Of a stretch of 64,000 bases of DNA, positions 40,105 to 52,874 are shown piece by piece; position 1 is the first letter of the stretch; each line of letters starts with the position of its first letter. Below the pieces are notes generated by a model. The model saw nothing but the letters and a program-made list of their open reading frames with translations. It searched no databases and was not told the DNA's origin. This stretch comes from Chiloscyllium plagiosum (Eukaryota), in assembly GCF_004010195.1 (NCBI RefSeq), contig NC_057718.1:71722433-71786432 (forward strand), written 5' to 3'. A program made the translations under genes and the position numbers.

Positions 40105-41842
40105 GGAAGATCGCTTAAGCTTGAGGAAGCAAGGATGTGGCACAGTTTTAATGGATTACAGGTTAACTAGAAAAGAACTCAAAATGGACTGAGGATAGCT
40201 AGGAGGGACCATGAAAAAGCCTTGGTGGGAAGGATTAGGGAAAACCAAAAAGCATTTTACACTTACATGAGAAATAAGACATTGATCAGTGAGAGTGTAC
40301 AGCCTATCAGAGATAATGGAGGTAATTTGTGCCTGGAATCTGAAGAGGTAGGGGAGGCCCTAAATGAGTTGTTTGCTTCAGTATTCACTAGAGAAAGGGA
40401 CGTTGTTGATAGTGAAAACACTGTGGACCAGGTCAATAAGCTTGAACAGATTGATATTAAGAAAGTCGATATGCTGGAAATTCTGGGAAGCATCAAGATA
40501 GATAAGTCCCCCCATAGCCAGACCACTAAGGTTACCACAGGAAGTGAGAAATGAGACTGCTGTGCCTCTGGTGATGTTCTTTGCATCCTCACTCTCCACC
40601 GGAGAAGTACCGGATGATTGGAGGAAGGCGAACGTTGTTCCTCTGTCCAAGAAAGGGAATAGGGAAATCCCTGGGAATTACAGACCACTCAGTCTTATGT
40701 CAATGGTAAGCAAGATACTGGAAAGTATTCATAGAGATAGGATTTATGAGTATTTATAAAAACACAGTTTGATTAAAGATTGTCAGCATGGATACAGGGA
40801 AATTTGACTGGATACAGAATTGGCTGGCTGAAAAAGACAGCAAGTGGTAGTGGATAGAAAGTATTCTGTTGGTGAAAGTGGTATCCTGCAGGGATCTGTC
40901 CTTGGGTCTCAGCTTTTTGTAGTTTTTAAAAATGATTTGGATGAAGAAGTGGAAGGGTGGGTTAATAAATTTGCTGATGACACAAAGGTCGGTGGTGTTG
41001 TAGATAGCGTCAAGGCAGGCTATAACAAGACAGTGACAGGATGCAGAGCTAGGCTGAGAAGTGGCAGATGGAGTTCAACCCGGAAAAATGTGAAGTGATT
41101 TACTTGGAAAGGTTGAATTTGAGTGCTGAATACAGGGTTAAAGACAGGACACTTGGAAGAGGAAGAGGAACAGCAGGATCTTGGGGTCCACGTACATAAA
41201 TCCCTCAAAACTGCCACCAAAGTCGATAGGATCATTAAGAAGGTGTTTTGGCTTTCACTAACTGGGGGATTGAGTCTAAGAGCTGCAAGGTTTTGCTGCA
41301 GTTTTGTAAATCCCTGGTTAGACCACACTTGGTATATTGTGTCCAGTTCTTGTCGCCTCATTACAGGAAGGATGTAGATTCTTTACACAGGGTGCAGAGG
41401 AGATTTACCAGAATGCCGCCTGAATTGGAGGACTTGTCTTATGAAGAAAGGTTGAATGAGTTTGGGCTTTTCACACTGGAAAGAAGGAAGAGAGGTTACT
41501 TGACAGAGGCAAGGTAATGAGAGCAGAGAGTAGATAGTCAGAGACTTTTCCCCTGAGTAGAAATAGCTGTCCCGAGGGTCATAATTTTAAGGTGATTGGA
41601 CAAAGGTATAGGGGAGATGTCAGAGGTAGATTCTTTATGCAGAGAGTGGTGGGTGCATGGAATGCACTGCCAGCAGTGGGTGTAGAGTCTGAGACATTCG
41701 GGACACTTAAGCGACTGCTGGACAAGCACATGGAAGGCAGTAAATTGAGGGATGTGTAAGTTTCGTTGATCTTAGGTTAAATGCTTGGCACAACATCGTG
41801 GGCCGAAGGCCCTTTACTGTGCTATACCATTCTATGTTCTAA
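40105..41842 (+). mobile_element. CR1 LINE nested inside the 38025-43125 CR1
   Basis: Restarts at an upstream ORF2 position (ENQKAFYTY), runs through RT to its own tctatgttct tail; the host RT resumes at NGLATDRHHGFV. Confidence 0.82.
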
Positions 41843-43727
41843 AATGGACTAGCTACTGACAGGCACCATGGTTTTGTGTGGGCAAGGTCGCATCTCACCA
41901 ACCTGATTTAATTTTTTTGAAGAGGTGAAAAAGATAATTGATGAAGGAAGGGCTGTGGATATTGTTTACATGGACTTTAGTAAGGCACTTGATAAAGTCC
42001 CACAAAGCAAATTGGTACAAAAACGAAAATCACATGGGATTTAGGATGGGGTGGCTAGATAGATACAAAACTGGCTTGGTCATAGAAGACAGAGGGTAGC
42101 GGCAGACAGGTATTTTTTCCAAATGAAGACCTGTAACTAGTGTGTCCTATAGGGATCAATCTTAGGTCCTCTGTTGTTTGTAGTATACATATGATCCGGA
42201 GGGAAATATGCGTGGTCTGATTAGTAAGTCTGCAAATGACATGAAGACTGGTGCAGTTGCTGATAGTGCCGACAATTGTGAAAGGATACAACAGGTATAG
42301 ATAGTTTGGCAATTTGGGGACAGAAATGGCAGATGGAGTTTAATCCAGACAAATGCAAGGTGATGTATTTGGAGGATCAAATTTAGGTGTAAGTGGCAGA
42401 ACCTCAGGAACATTAAGATATAGACAGATGTGGATGTGAGGTACATAGTTCTCTAAAAGTGGCAACACTGGTGGCCCAGGTGATTCAGAAGCCATGTGGC
42501 ATGCTTGGCTTCATCAGCCAGGGCATGGAGTACAAAAGCTGGCAAATCATGCTGTAGCTATATAAATCCATATGCTGCATTTGGAGTACTGTGTGCAGTT
42601 TTGGTTGTAACATTACCAGAAGAACATAGAAGCTTTGGAGAGAGTACAAAGAGGATTCACCAGGATGTTGCCTGGTCCTGAGGGCATTGGCTATGAGGAA
42701 AGTTTAAAATGTCTGGGATTGATTTCACTGGAAAGACGGTATCTGAGGGGAGACCTGATAGAAGTCTACAAACTTATAAGAGTCATAGATAGGGTGGATA
42801 GTCAGAGACTTTTTCCTAGGGCTGAAATTTCAATTAGAAGGTTCAAGGTGCGAGGGAGAAAGTTTATGTGAGATGTGCAAGATATGTTTTTCACACAGAG
42901 AGTGGTAGGACCCTTGAATGCACTGCTAGAGGAGGTGGTGGAAGCAAGCATGTTGGTGACATTTAAGAGGCATTTGATGGTTACATGATTAGGGAGGGAA
43001 AAGAGGAATTTGGACTGAATAACGGCAGAAGGTTTGTTTTCCAGTTTAGTTTGGGCATGATGATTGTCACAGGATTGGAGGCCAGAAGGGCCTGCTCCTG
43101 TGCTGTACTTCTCTTTTGTTCTTTTTGTTGTTTTGTGTTCTTAAACTTTCTCCCTCTCACTTTAAACTTGTGCCACCTAGTATTTGACATTTCCACCCTA
43201 GGAAAAAGAATCTGACTATCCATCCTATCCACAAAACACAGAACAGTAACAGGCCTTTTAGCCCACAATGCCGTGTTGAATGTATACCAAATTAAACTAA
43301 TCCATTCAATCTGCCCATGGTCCATATCCCTCCATTTCTTGCTTGTTCTATATATCTATCTAAAAGAGCCTTAACCACCCATATCATATCTGTCTTCACC
43401 ACAACCCCGTCAGAGCATTCCAGGCATCCACCACTTTGTCTGTAAAAAATGTGGCCCTCACATCTTATATGCACACTTTCTAGTATTAGACATTTCAAGT
43501 CTGGGAATAAGATTCTGACTGTCAATGCTAACTATGCCTCTCATAATTTTGTTGACTTTTTCTGCCAAGTCTCCCCTGCTCCACTCCAGAGAAAACAACC
43601 CTGGTTTGCCCAGCCTCTCCATTTAGCTCATACCCTCTAATTCAGCCAGGATCCTGGTAAACCTCTTCAGCATAGTCTCCAAAGCCTCAACATCCTTCCT
43701 GTAACGTGGCAACCAGCATCAAACGCA

Positions 43728-44045
43728 ATTAGATTAGATTAGATTTACAACAGGCCCTTCGGCCCAACAAGTCCACACCGACCCTCAGGAGAGTAACCCA
43801 CCCAGACTCATTCCCCAACCCTATATTTACCCTTGACACGATGGTCAATTTAGTATGACCAATTCACCTGACCTGCACATCTTTTGGGATTGTGGGAGGA
43901 AACCAGAGCACCCGGAGGAAGCCCATGCAGACACGGGGTTAATGTGCAAACTCCACACAGACAGTCGCCCGAGGCGGGAATCGAACCTGGATCCCTGGCG
44001 TTGTGAGGCAGCAGTGCTCACCACTGAGTCACTGTGCTGCCCAAG
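43728..44045 (-). mobile_element. HE1/V-SINE-like SINE
   Basis: (TTAGA)n tail, conserved core and tRNA-like head. Confidence 0.88.
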
Positions 44046-46116
44046 TGCACTCTTAGTGCGGCCTATCAATATGTTTTTGAAAGCTGCAACATCATTTCTT
44101 GACTTTTGTATTGCCCCAACCAATATGGCAGGCATGCCATATGCCTTTTTTACTACCCTATCTACTTGTGTGGCCACTTTCAGGGAACTACTAGGACCCA
44201 AAGATCCCTCTGTACATCAATGCTGTTAAAGGTCCTACCATTAACTGTATACTTTCCCTTAACATTTGACCTCCCAAAGTGCAACACCTCGCACTTGCCC
44301 AATTAAACTCCATCTGCTATTTTTGGTCCCATATCTGCAATTGATCTATAACCTCTATAATCCTTTGACAACCTTTTACACTAATTGCCCTGATCTTTGT
44401 GTCATCTGCAAACAAACTAACCCATCCAACTAAGTTTTCATCAAAGTCATTGATATAAATCACAAACAGCAGAGGTCCCAGTATGGATCTCTGCAAAGCA
44501 CCACTCATTATGGACCTCCAGCTGGAAAACCATCCTTCAACCACTACCCTCTTTCTTCGATGGGCAAGCCAGTTCTGAAATCAAACAATCAAGTCACCAA
44601 AGATCCCATGAATCTTGACTTTCTGGATGAGCTTACCATGACGGACCTTGTCAAAAGTCTTACTAAAATCCATGTAAACAACATCCACTGCTCTAACCTC
44701 ATCAGTCACCCTCGTCACCATCTCAAAATGTGACCTGCCCCACACAGAGTAATTCTGTCTGTCCCTATTTAGACCATGCTCTTCTAAATGTGTATAAAGC
44801 CTATCCCTAAAAATCCTCTCCAATAATTTCCCAACCCCCAATGTGGGACTCACTGCTCCATAGTTTCCTGGATTATCCCTATTTCCCTTCTTGAACAGAG
44901 GAACAACAATAGTTAATTGCTAGTCCTCAGGGATCTCTCTGTGGCTAGAAAGGATACAAAGATCTTGGTCACCCAGTAATCTCGTCCACTTGCCTCTCTC
45001 AGTAACCTGGGGTAAATCCTATCGGGCCCTGGGGATTTACCCACCTTAATGCTCTTCAAGAGAACCAACATCACTTCTTTCTTGATCTCAAAATGTCCTA
45101 GCATTTTGCATGCCCCACACTAATCTCACTATCCCCCATGTCCTTCTCCTTGGTGAATATTGATGCAAAGTACTCATTTAGGATCTCGCCCTTATCCTCT
45201 GCCTCCAAACACAAGTTCCCTCCTTTATCATTGAGTGATCATACACTCACCCTATTTATCATTTTGCTTTAAATGTATATACAACATTCCTTCGGATTCT
45301 CTTCAATCTTACTTGCCAAGGACATTTTATGGCCCCAACTTGCTCTCCTAATTTTCTGCCTCAGTTCTTTCCTGCTTTCTTTATACTTCTCACAGGTTTT
45401 AGCTTTCTAAACCTTGCATATGTTTTCTTATACTTTTTGAATAAATTAACAAACTCCCTAATCACCCAAGGGTCCCATATCTTGCTATCCTTGTTCTTCC
45501 TCTTTACTGGAACATGGTTGTCCTGAACTCTGATCAGTAGGCCTTGAAACAACTCACACAAATCAAATGTAGACTTGCCTGATACCAACTTCTCCCAATT
45601 AACTCTCCATCACTTCAGCCTATTACTGACATAATGTGTCTGCTCCTAATTTAGCACTTCACACAAGGTCCTGACTTATACTTATTCAAAGTTATCTTAA
45701 AACTTAAGGACTTGTTCGCAAAGATTTCTATGCTTCTATCAGTTGCCCCCTAGCCTCCGAAACTCTAGCGTAAACAATCCAGGTTTGTCCAATTTTTCCT
45801 TATAGCTAATAAACTCCAACTCAGGTAACATCTTAGTAAACCTCTTTTGCACCCTCTCCTAAACTCCATATCCTTCCTACAGTGGTGGCCAGAACTGTAC
45901 ACAATACTCCAAATGTGGTCTAATTAAAGTTTAATGCAGCTGCAACATGACTCGCCAATTTTTTATACTCAGTGCCTTGACCAATGAAGTAAGCATGCCA
46001 TGCACTTTTTTTAACTACCTCATCTATTTCTGTTGCCACTTAAATGGAGCTATGGACTTCGATCCCAAATCCCTCTGAATATTGATGCTGCTATCAGTCC
46101 TGCCATTTACTGTATA

Positions 46117-47508
46117 CAAGGGGACCTCGATTATCCGAACGAGATGGGCGAGCACTCTTTCGTTGGGTTAACTGATTCAATGCCTTTCCTCTGGGGTTCG
46201 GAGTTTTCTATTAAGTCTGCTCCCTGTTCAGATTAGGCAGCAGCACACCGTACGCCCCCCCAACCTCTTCCAACACCATTCCTCCACCTGCCCCAAACAC
46301 CGTCCAACACCGCGCCCTCACCCGCCCCCCCACCCTCTCCCACCTCAACCCTGTCCANNNNNNNNNNNNNNNNNNNNNNNNNNNNNNNNNNNNNNNNNNN
46401 NNNNNNNNNNNNNNNNNNNNNNNNNNNNNNNNNNNNNNNNNNNNNNNNNNNNNNNNNNNNNNNNNNNNNNNNNNNNNNNNNNNNNNNNNNNNNNNNNNNN
46501 NNNNNNNNNNNNNNNNNNNNNNNNNNNNNNNNNNNNNNNNNNNNNNNNNNNNNNNNNNNNNNNNNNNNNNNNNNNNNNNNNNNNNNNNNNNNNNNNNNNN
46601 NNNNNNNNNNNNNNNNNNNNNNNNNNNNNNNNNNNNNNNNNNNNNNNNNNNNNNNNNNNNNNNNNNNNNNNNNNNNNNNNNNNNNNNNNNNNNNNNNNNN
46701 NNNNNNNNNNNNNNNNNNNNNNNNNNNNNNNNNNNNNNNNNNNNNNNNNNNNNNNNNNNNNNNNNNNNNNNNNNNNNNNNNNNNNNNNNNNNNNNNNNNN
46801 NNNNNNNNNNNNNNNNNNNNNNNNNNNNNNNNNNNNNNNNNNNNNNNNNNNNNNNNNNNNNNNNNNNNNNNNNNNNNNNNNNNNNNNNNNNNNNNNNNNN
46901 NNNNNNNNNNNNNNNNNNNNNNNNNNNNNNNNNNNNNNNNCCCCCCCGCCCACTTGCCAACCCTATCCAACACCGCCCCAATCCCACCCTCAATCCTGTC
47001 CAACATGCCCCCATGCCCAACCCCACCCCCCACGCGCGCCCTCTCTCTCTCTCTCTCTGGGGCAGTCGGGCTGGACAGTAACAACAAGGCTGCTGCTACT
47101 GCTACTGCCTTTTGCGGGGTGAGTCTCCAAGTAGCGCGCACGCACACGCACCCAAACACACATAGTTTTATTGGAACATCTTGACAGGTTCCACCTTTGC
47201 CCTGTCCAGGACAATTTTGAAGAGATTATCTGGGGAAGGGGGTTTTAGAATACACCATTGCGTAGAACTCCAGGGAAAGTGTGAGAAGCGGGGGGGGGGA
47301 AGGGGATGGGAGGTCGGTCATTTAGAAATGATTGCACTCCCATCAGTCCATGACTGTTCTTGACAGCGCTTTTAATCATTGAAAACAAAAGACGCGATCA
47401 TTGTTGGATTTCACGTCTTTGATATAATGTTTCTGTCGGGACCTCGAGATCTCCTTCGCATAATCCGATTTTCAGATAAATGGTATTCAGATAATTGAAG
47501 TTCCTCTG
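46117..47508. mobile_element. Non-autonomous Tc1/mariner-superfamily (pogo/Tigger-like) DNA transposon with internal C-rich minisatellite
   Basis: TA at 46115-46116 and 47509-47510. Imperfect TIRs CAAGGGGACCTCGATTATCCGAAC versus (reverse complement) CAGAGGAACTTCAATTATCTGAAT, 17/24 identical, all differences transitions. Removing it restores the host CR1. Confidence 0.8.
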
Positions 47509-48600
47509 TACATTTCTCTTACATTTGACTTCCAAAAATGCTTAACCTCACCATTATCTGGATCAAATGCCATCTGCCATTTTTTTCGCCCAACTTTCCA
47601 GTTGATCCTGTTGTGTTCTTTGATAACCTTCCTCATTATCTACAACTGCATTAATTTTTGTGTCATCTCAAAACCTACTAATCAGACCATCCACATTTTC
47701 ATTGATATCATTTATATAAATTACTAGCAAGAGAGAACCGAGCACTGATCCTTGTGGAACACCACTGATCACAGTTCTCCAGTCAGAAAACATCTCTCCA
47801 CAACTACCATCAATCTTTCTTCTATGATGAAGACAATTTTGTATCCAACTCACCGTGGATCCTATGTGACTTCATCTTCTGAATTATTTCTTCTTTTTAT
47901 ACGCCAACTCTTTTGAAATAATGGCCAAATTTCCAATAACCCTTTTACCTGTGTGTTTGTTTTCTGTATTTTGAGCCCAAGTACCACCTTTGTATTGCAG
48001 CTTTCTGCAGCTTTTCTCCATTTAAATAATAGTGCCCTTTTGATCTCCCTTCCAAAATGAACTTCACATTTTCCTACAGTAAACTCCATTTGCCAAACTT
48101 ATGCCTACTCTCTTACCCACCAATATTTCTCTGTCAACCATATGTAACCCCCTCACAACTTACCTTTTCCACCTATGTATGTGTCATCTGCAAACCTGGC
48201 TTTAGTACAGCTGCTTCTTTCCTCCAAGTTATTGACATATATTGTAAACAGTTGCAGTCCCAGCAATGCATCCCACTGATTACACATTGCCAACCTGGAA
48301 AAAAACTCCTTATTCCATTCATTGGCCATTAGTTAATTCTTTAGCCATGCCAATATATTGCTGTTTCTCTGCCTAACTTTCCAATTGATCACACGACCAT
48401 CTTATGACTTAAACTTTTGTTAGGTACCTTGTCGTATGCCTTTTGGAAGTCCAATACAAACATCCACTGATACTTCCTTGAAAAAATCTAATGAATTAGT
48501 AAAACATGATTTTAATAGGAAAAATCTATGTTTAATCTATGAAACAGGTTGAGCCACATCTTAGTTTGAATATATTCAAATAAACACAGCTAAGGCTTAC

Positions 48601-48744
48601 CTGCAAGATCATCCTCATCTTCGCTGAAAACACTGGGATTGAATGTAGAGATATTGATGAAGTCCATAGATTGCTTGCGTACTTCTGGTAGATAAATAGT
48701 CATTTGTCTGGGCTGAAGATGTAGCAAGCTGGTTTTGTAGATGA
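48601..48744 (-). CDS. TULP4: TULP4 internal coding exon
   Basis: ttcttAG acceptor, GTaagc donor; 144 bp. Encodes (V)IYKTSLLHLQPRQMTIYLPEVRKQSMDFINISTFNPSVFSEDEDDLA, in phase with the large exon. Not in the ORF track. Confidence 0.94.
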
Positions 48745-49920
48745 CTAAGAATTACAAGAAATTGATGTTAATTATATTCATTCTTAAATACAACAGAATG
48801 AAGAATGAATCATATTGAAACGGAAAACAAATAGGAAAATAATCATTTACTGTCCAAATCAACCAAAAACAATCATTTCACTTGCTGTTTTGATAAATTC
48901 CTGTTGGAATTTCCCAACAAACCATAAAAACTACACTGTTACACTTCATTGGGGTACTCATCTAGAAATCAAACCTTAGTATTGTCAGAGTCATCACAAA
49001 GTTAAAGATTATAAGTACACAAGATTCCCCAATTTAGCTGTCTTCACAACTCAGGTTGTCAGAAAGCACATGCCAGATTTCTGTACTTAACTAGAACTAT
49101 GGCTTATGAAAAATAGATTCTCACCACAGATAAATAATTATGAACTGTTGACATTAGATTAAATTTCTAATCTACTTGCAAAACTTTCCCTCTATACTCA
49201 TGTATTGATAGGAACAGACATAAGAAGAAAACATTGGCATAATGGACAAAGGGAAAGACTGGGAATGTGGTGTTGCCTCTGTTCACAGGGTTTGCTGAAG
49301 TGATTCTTTTGGCTGCTCCTTGATTCTCCTTATCCTGATATTTTATGTGCTTGCAGAAGGTACAAGGCTGGTTCACAATTGCTTACAGCAATTGCTGAGA
49401 GGAAACAGAAAATGGATCTTTTCTCTATGTTTAAGGTGTTTTTACTGACTGCCTTTACGATGATCCAATGGCTTCACACCCCAAGAGTATTTAGCTAAGT
49501 TGGAGCCAATCACGTAGTTGTTAACCAACAGGAAACTTTTGTGATAACTATTCACATACATCAATCAACAATTTGTTGCTAGCCAAATCTCCATTTGTAC
49601 ACAGGCCATTAGCTCCAGCTCATCTACTACCAGGTTTCTACTATTGCTTGAACAATCAGGTGTGTAAACAGCTCTTACAATAAGAGTGAGGAGACTTGCT
49701 TTTAAAAATTGCATTAGCTTTTAAAACAGTTCTTTTCCCATTTCTGTCCATAATCAAAAACGTTGAAACATAAAAAGACATGGTCTTTATGACTTCAAAA
49801 GTAAATTACTTGGCAAGTGATCGAGTATGTCCTGAGAATTGGAAAGGTGCTATTTTAATACAGATGTATCTCCCTGTATATCCTGCTATTTCAGCTATAA
49901 AGAAAATAGGTCACATACAT

Positions 49921-51267
49921 ATGGATGTAAGTTTACTCACTGAACTGGAAGGCTTGTTTTCAGACATTCCCTTAGCAGACATTTCGTCACCATGACTAGG
50001 TAAGATAATCAGTGAGAGCCTCGGGTGAAGCGCTGGTGGTATCTCCTGCCTCTCTATTTCTAGGTCTTGGTTTCTTAAGGTGGGCGATGTCATTTCCGGT
50101 ATTTTCTTTCAAGGGAAGGTAGATGGGGTCGAAATCGATGTGTTTATTGATGGAGTTCTGGTTAGAATGACAGGCCTCTAGGAATTCTCCTGCATGTCTT
50201 TGTTTCGCCTGTCCTAGGATGTGTGTGTTGTCCCAAAGTGGAGTCCCTCTTTGTCTATTTGTGTGGAAACTTGTGTGGGTCATGTCCTTTGGTGGCTAGT
50301 TGGTGTTCATGTATCCTGGTGGTAAGTTTCCTGCTTGTTTGTCCAATGTAGTATTTTTCACAGTTCTTGCACTGTATTTTGTAAATGAGATTAGTTTTGC
50401 TGGTAGTATCTAATGGATCTTTTAGGTTAATTAGTTTAAGTGTGTTGGTGGGTTTGTAGGCTACCATGACGCCAAGTCTGAAAGTCATTTCTGATATGTC
50501 TTTGATGTAGGACAATGCGGCAAAAGTTTTGGTTGTGCTGTGTCTGCTTGTTTGGGTTTGTTTCTGAGGAATCGCGGATTGTGTTAATTGGGTACCTGTT
50601 TTTCCTGAAAATGTTGTAGAGGTATTTTTCTTCTGCTGTTTGTAGTTCTTGGGTGCTGCAGTATGACGTAGATCATTGATATAATGTCTTGATGCAGCTC
50701 TGTTTGTGGGTGTTGGGATGATTGCTTCTGAAGTTCAGTATTTGGTCTGTGTTTGTTGTTTTTCTATTCAGTAAATGGAGAGCTTCAAATTAGCGTCTAC
50801 AGAAAAACAACAAACACAGACCAAAATACCATGCAAGAACTGTGAAAAATACTACATTGGACAAACAAGCAGGAAACTTGCCACCAGAATACATGAACAC
50901 TAACTAGCCACCAAAAGACACGAACCACTATCATAGTTTCTATACGTACAGACAAAGAAGGACACCACTTTGACTGGGACAACACACACATCCTAGGACA
51001 AGTGAAACAAAGACATGCACCAGAATTCCTAGAGGCCTGGCATTCCAACCGGAACTCCATCAATAAACACATCGATTTAGACCCCATCTACCTTCTCTTG
51101 AGAAAAGTCATCACCCACCTTAAGAAACCAAGACCTTTAAATAGAGAGGCGGGACATACCATTAGTACTTCACCGGAGGCTCTTACTGATTATGTTATCC
51201 AATCACGGTGGCAAAATGTCTGAAAACAAACCTGCCAGCTCAGAGAGCAAACTTACAAATCTTCTCA
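49921..51267. mobile_element. Penelope-like element with inverted duplication and 18-bp TSD
   Basis: Minus arm (about 49925-50790) and plus arm (about 50820-51260) both encode CKNCEKYYIGQTSRKL..EH and AWHSNRNSINKHID-like sequence. AAAATAGGT(C/A)ACATACAT at 49903-49920 and 51268-51285. Confidence 0.9.
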
Positions 51268-52229
51268 AAAATAGGTAACATACATGCCTATGAAACAGAA
51301 CCTTATTTATTCTTAAGACAGAATTTCCAGTAGTAAAGGTTATTTGCAGTGACCAACTTTGGATTTTTTTGAAATACAGAACCAGATTAGCTCAGTATTG
51401 TTAAGTGGTAGTGGACTTGTTATCTGAAAATATTGAGTCATATAGCATGGCATAGAAAGAGACTATTCAGCCACTATGCCAGTTCTACACAGGACAATGC
51501 AGTCAATTTCATCCACCTCACATTACCCTCACCACCCAATCCAACTCCCCAACTCCAATCAATCCCAGTGGCTCTACAGATTTATTCCATAGAATCACTG
51601 AAAGCATCTGATCTGTAGCCTTGCAGGTTAAAGCACTTCAGGTCCAGATCTAAGTTCCATTCAAATGCATTGAGGGCTCTGCTTCTACCACGAAACCTGG
51701 CAGCAAATTCCAGACACTCACCACTGCAGAAAACAGGTTTTTCTTATGTTTCTTTTAATTCTTCTGTTGATCACCTTAAATCCCTGCTTCCTGGTAATTT
51801 ACCTCTCTGCTAAGGGAATCAGGGCTTCTCCATTCACTACATTAAAGCTCCTCATTATTTTGTAGACCTAAATTAAGTTAGCCTTCAGCCTCTTCTGTCT
51901 TAAGGAAAATCACACTAGCCTACCCAATAGTCTACTAGCCTACTCAAATTCTAACAAGATTCTTGCAAATCTCCTGTCTTGTAAATCTAGAATAATTATG
52001 TCCTTCCTGTAATGTGGTGACCAGAACTCTACAGTATCTTATATAATTCCAGCATTAGAGCCATGCTTTTGTATTCAGTACCTCCACCCAATGAAGGCAA
52101 ATGTTCTGTATGCCTTCTTTTACAAGGTTTATATATCTGCTCTGCTATTTGCATGGACCATAGTCATGCAGCCCAAGTTCTCTTACATCCAATTATGAAT
52201 CTCGGTATCCTCCCATTTATTATAAATCA

Positions 52230-52530
52230 TAGAATATATGGAGACGAAGCAGGCCATTTGGTCCCTCAAGTCCACACCAACCCTCCAAAAAGCATCCCAC
52301 CCAGACCCTACCCCATTACCCTCTCCCTGTAACTCTGCATTTCCCATGGCCAATCCATCTAACTTGTGCAACTTTGGACTGTGGTAGGAAACCAGAATAC
52401 CCAGAAGGAACCCATGCAGACATGGGGAGAATGTGCAAACTGCACACAGATAGTCGTCCAAGGGTTGTATCGAATCTGGATTCCTGGTGATGTGAGGCAG
52501 GAGTGCTAGCCCCTGAGCTACCTTGCTGCC
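52230..52530 (-). mobile_element. HE1/V-SINE-like SINE within an older CR1 fragment
   Basis: SINE core ctttggactgtggtaggaaacc..gagaatgtgcaaac and head gtgaggcagg. Confidence 0.8.
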
Positions 52531-52874
52531 CAGTATATTCCTTTGCTTCGTTCGCCCTTCTCAAATGCATAATGTCGCACATCCCAGGACTGACTACCAT
52601 TTCCCGATTTTTTGTTCATGAGCTCAAACAAGTGAATAGCTTTATCACTGTCAACTACCTGGCCTTTTTTTGTGTTGTCTCTAAATTTATCAAACATGCC
52701 TTTCGCAGTTTAAACTAAATTGTTAATATATATCACAAACAGCAAAGATGTGAATATTATGCTTTGCGTACCTCCACCGGAAACTGCTTCCCATTCGCAA
52801 ACATACTCACTATCATTACCCTTGTTTCCTAGTACTAAACTAATTTTGGATTCAACTTGGCATTTTTCTTTTGT

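Larger units (their letters stand above)
38025..43125 (+). mobile_element. Near-full-length decayed CR1 LINE with nested insertions
   Basis: ORF1 Cys motif VICSSCQMW..TCRKC and esterase end QLNWRGTNIL; ORF2 pieces run through to a 3' tail at about 43125. Interrupted by a SINE (39630-39945) and a second CR1 (40105-41842). Confidence 0.82.
43130..48520 (-). mobile_element. Cluster of CR1 fragments on -, hosting a SINE and a DNA transposon
   Basis: ORF pieces KSPGPDRIYPRLLREA, YMDFSKTFDKV, YINDFDENL..FADDTK, VISGVPQGSVLG. Confidence 0.8.

Noticed and set aside
46211..47159. Long ORFs spanning N runs (also near 15.2, 29.8 and 57.4 kb)
   Set aside because: Artefacts of translating assembly gaps.
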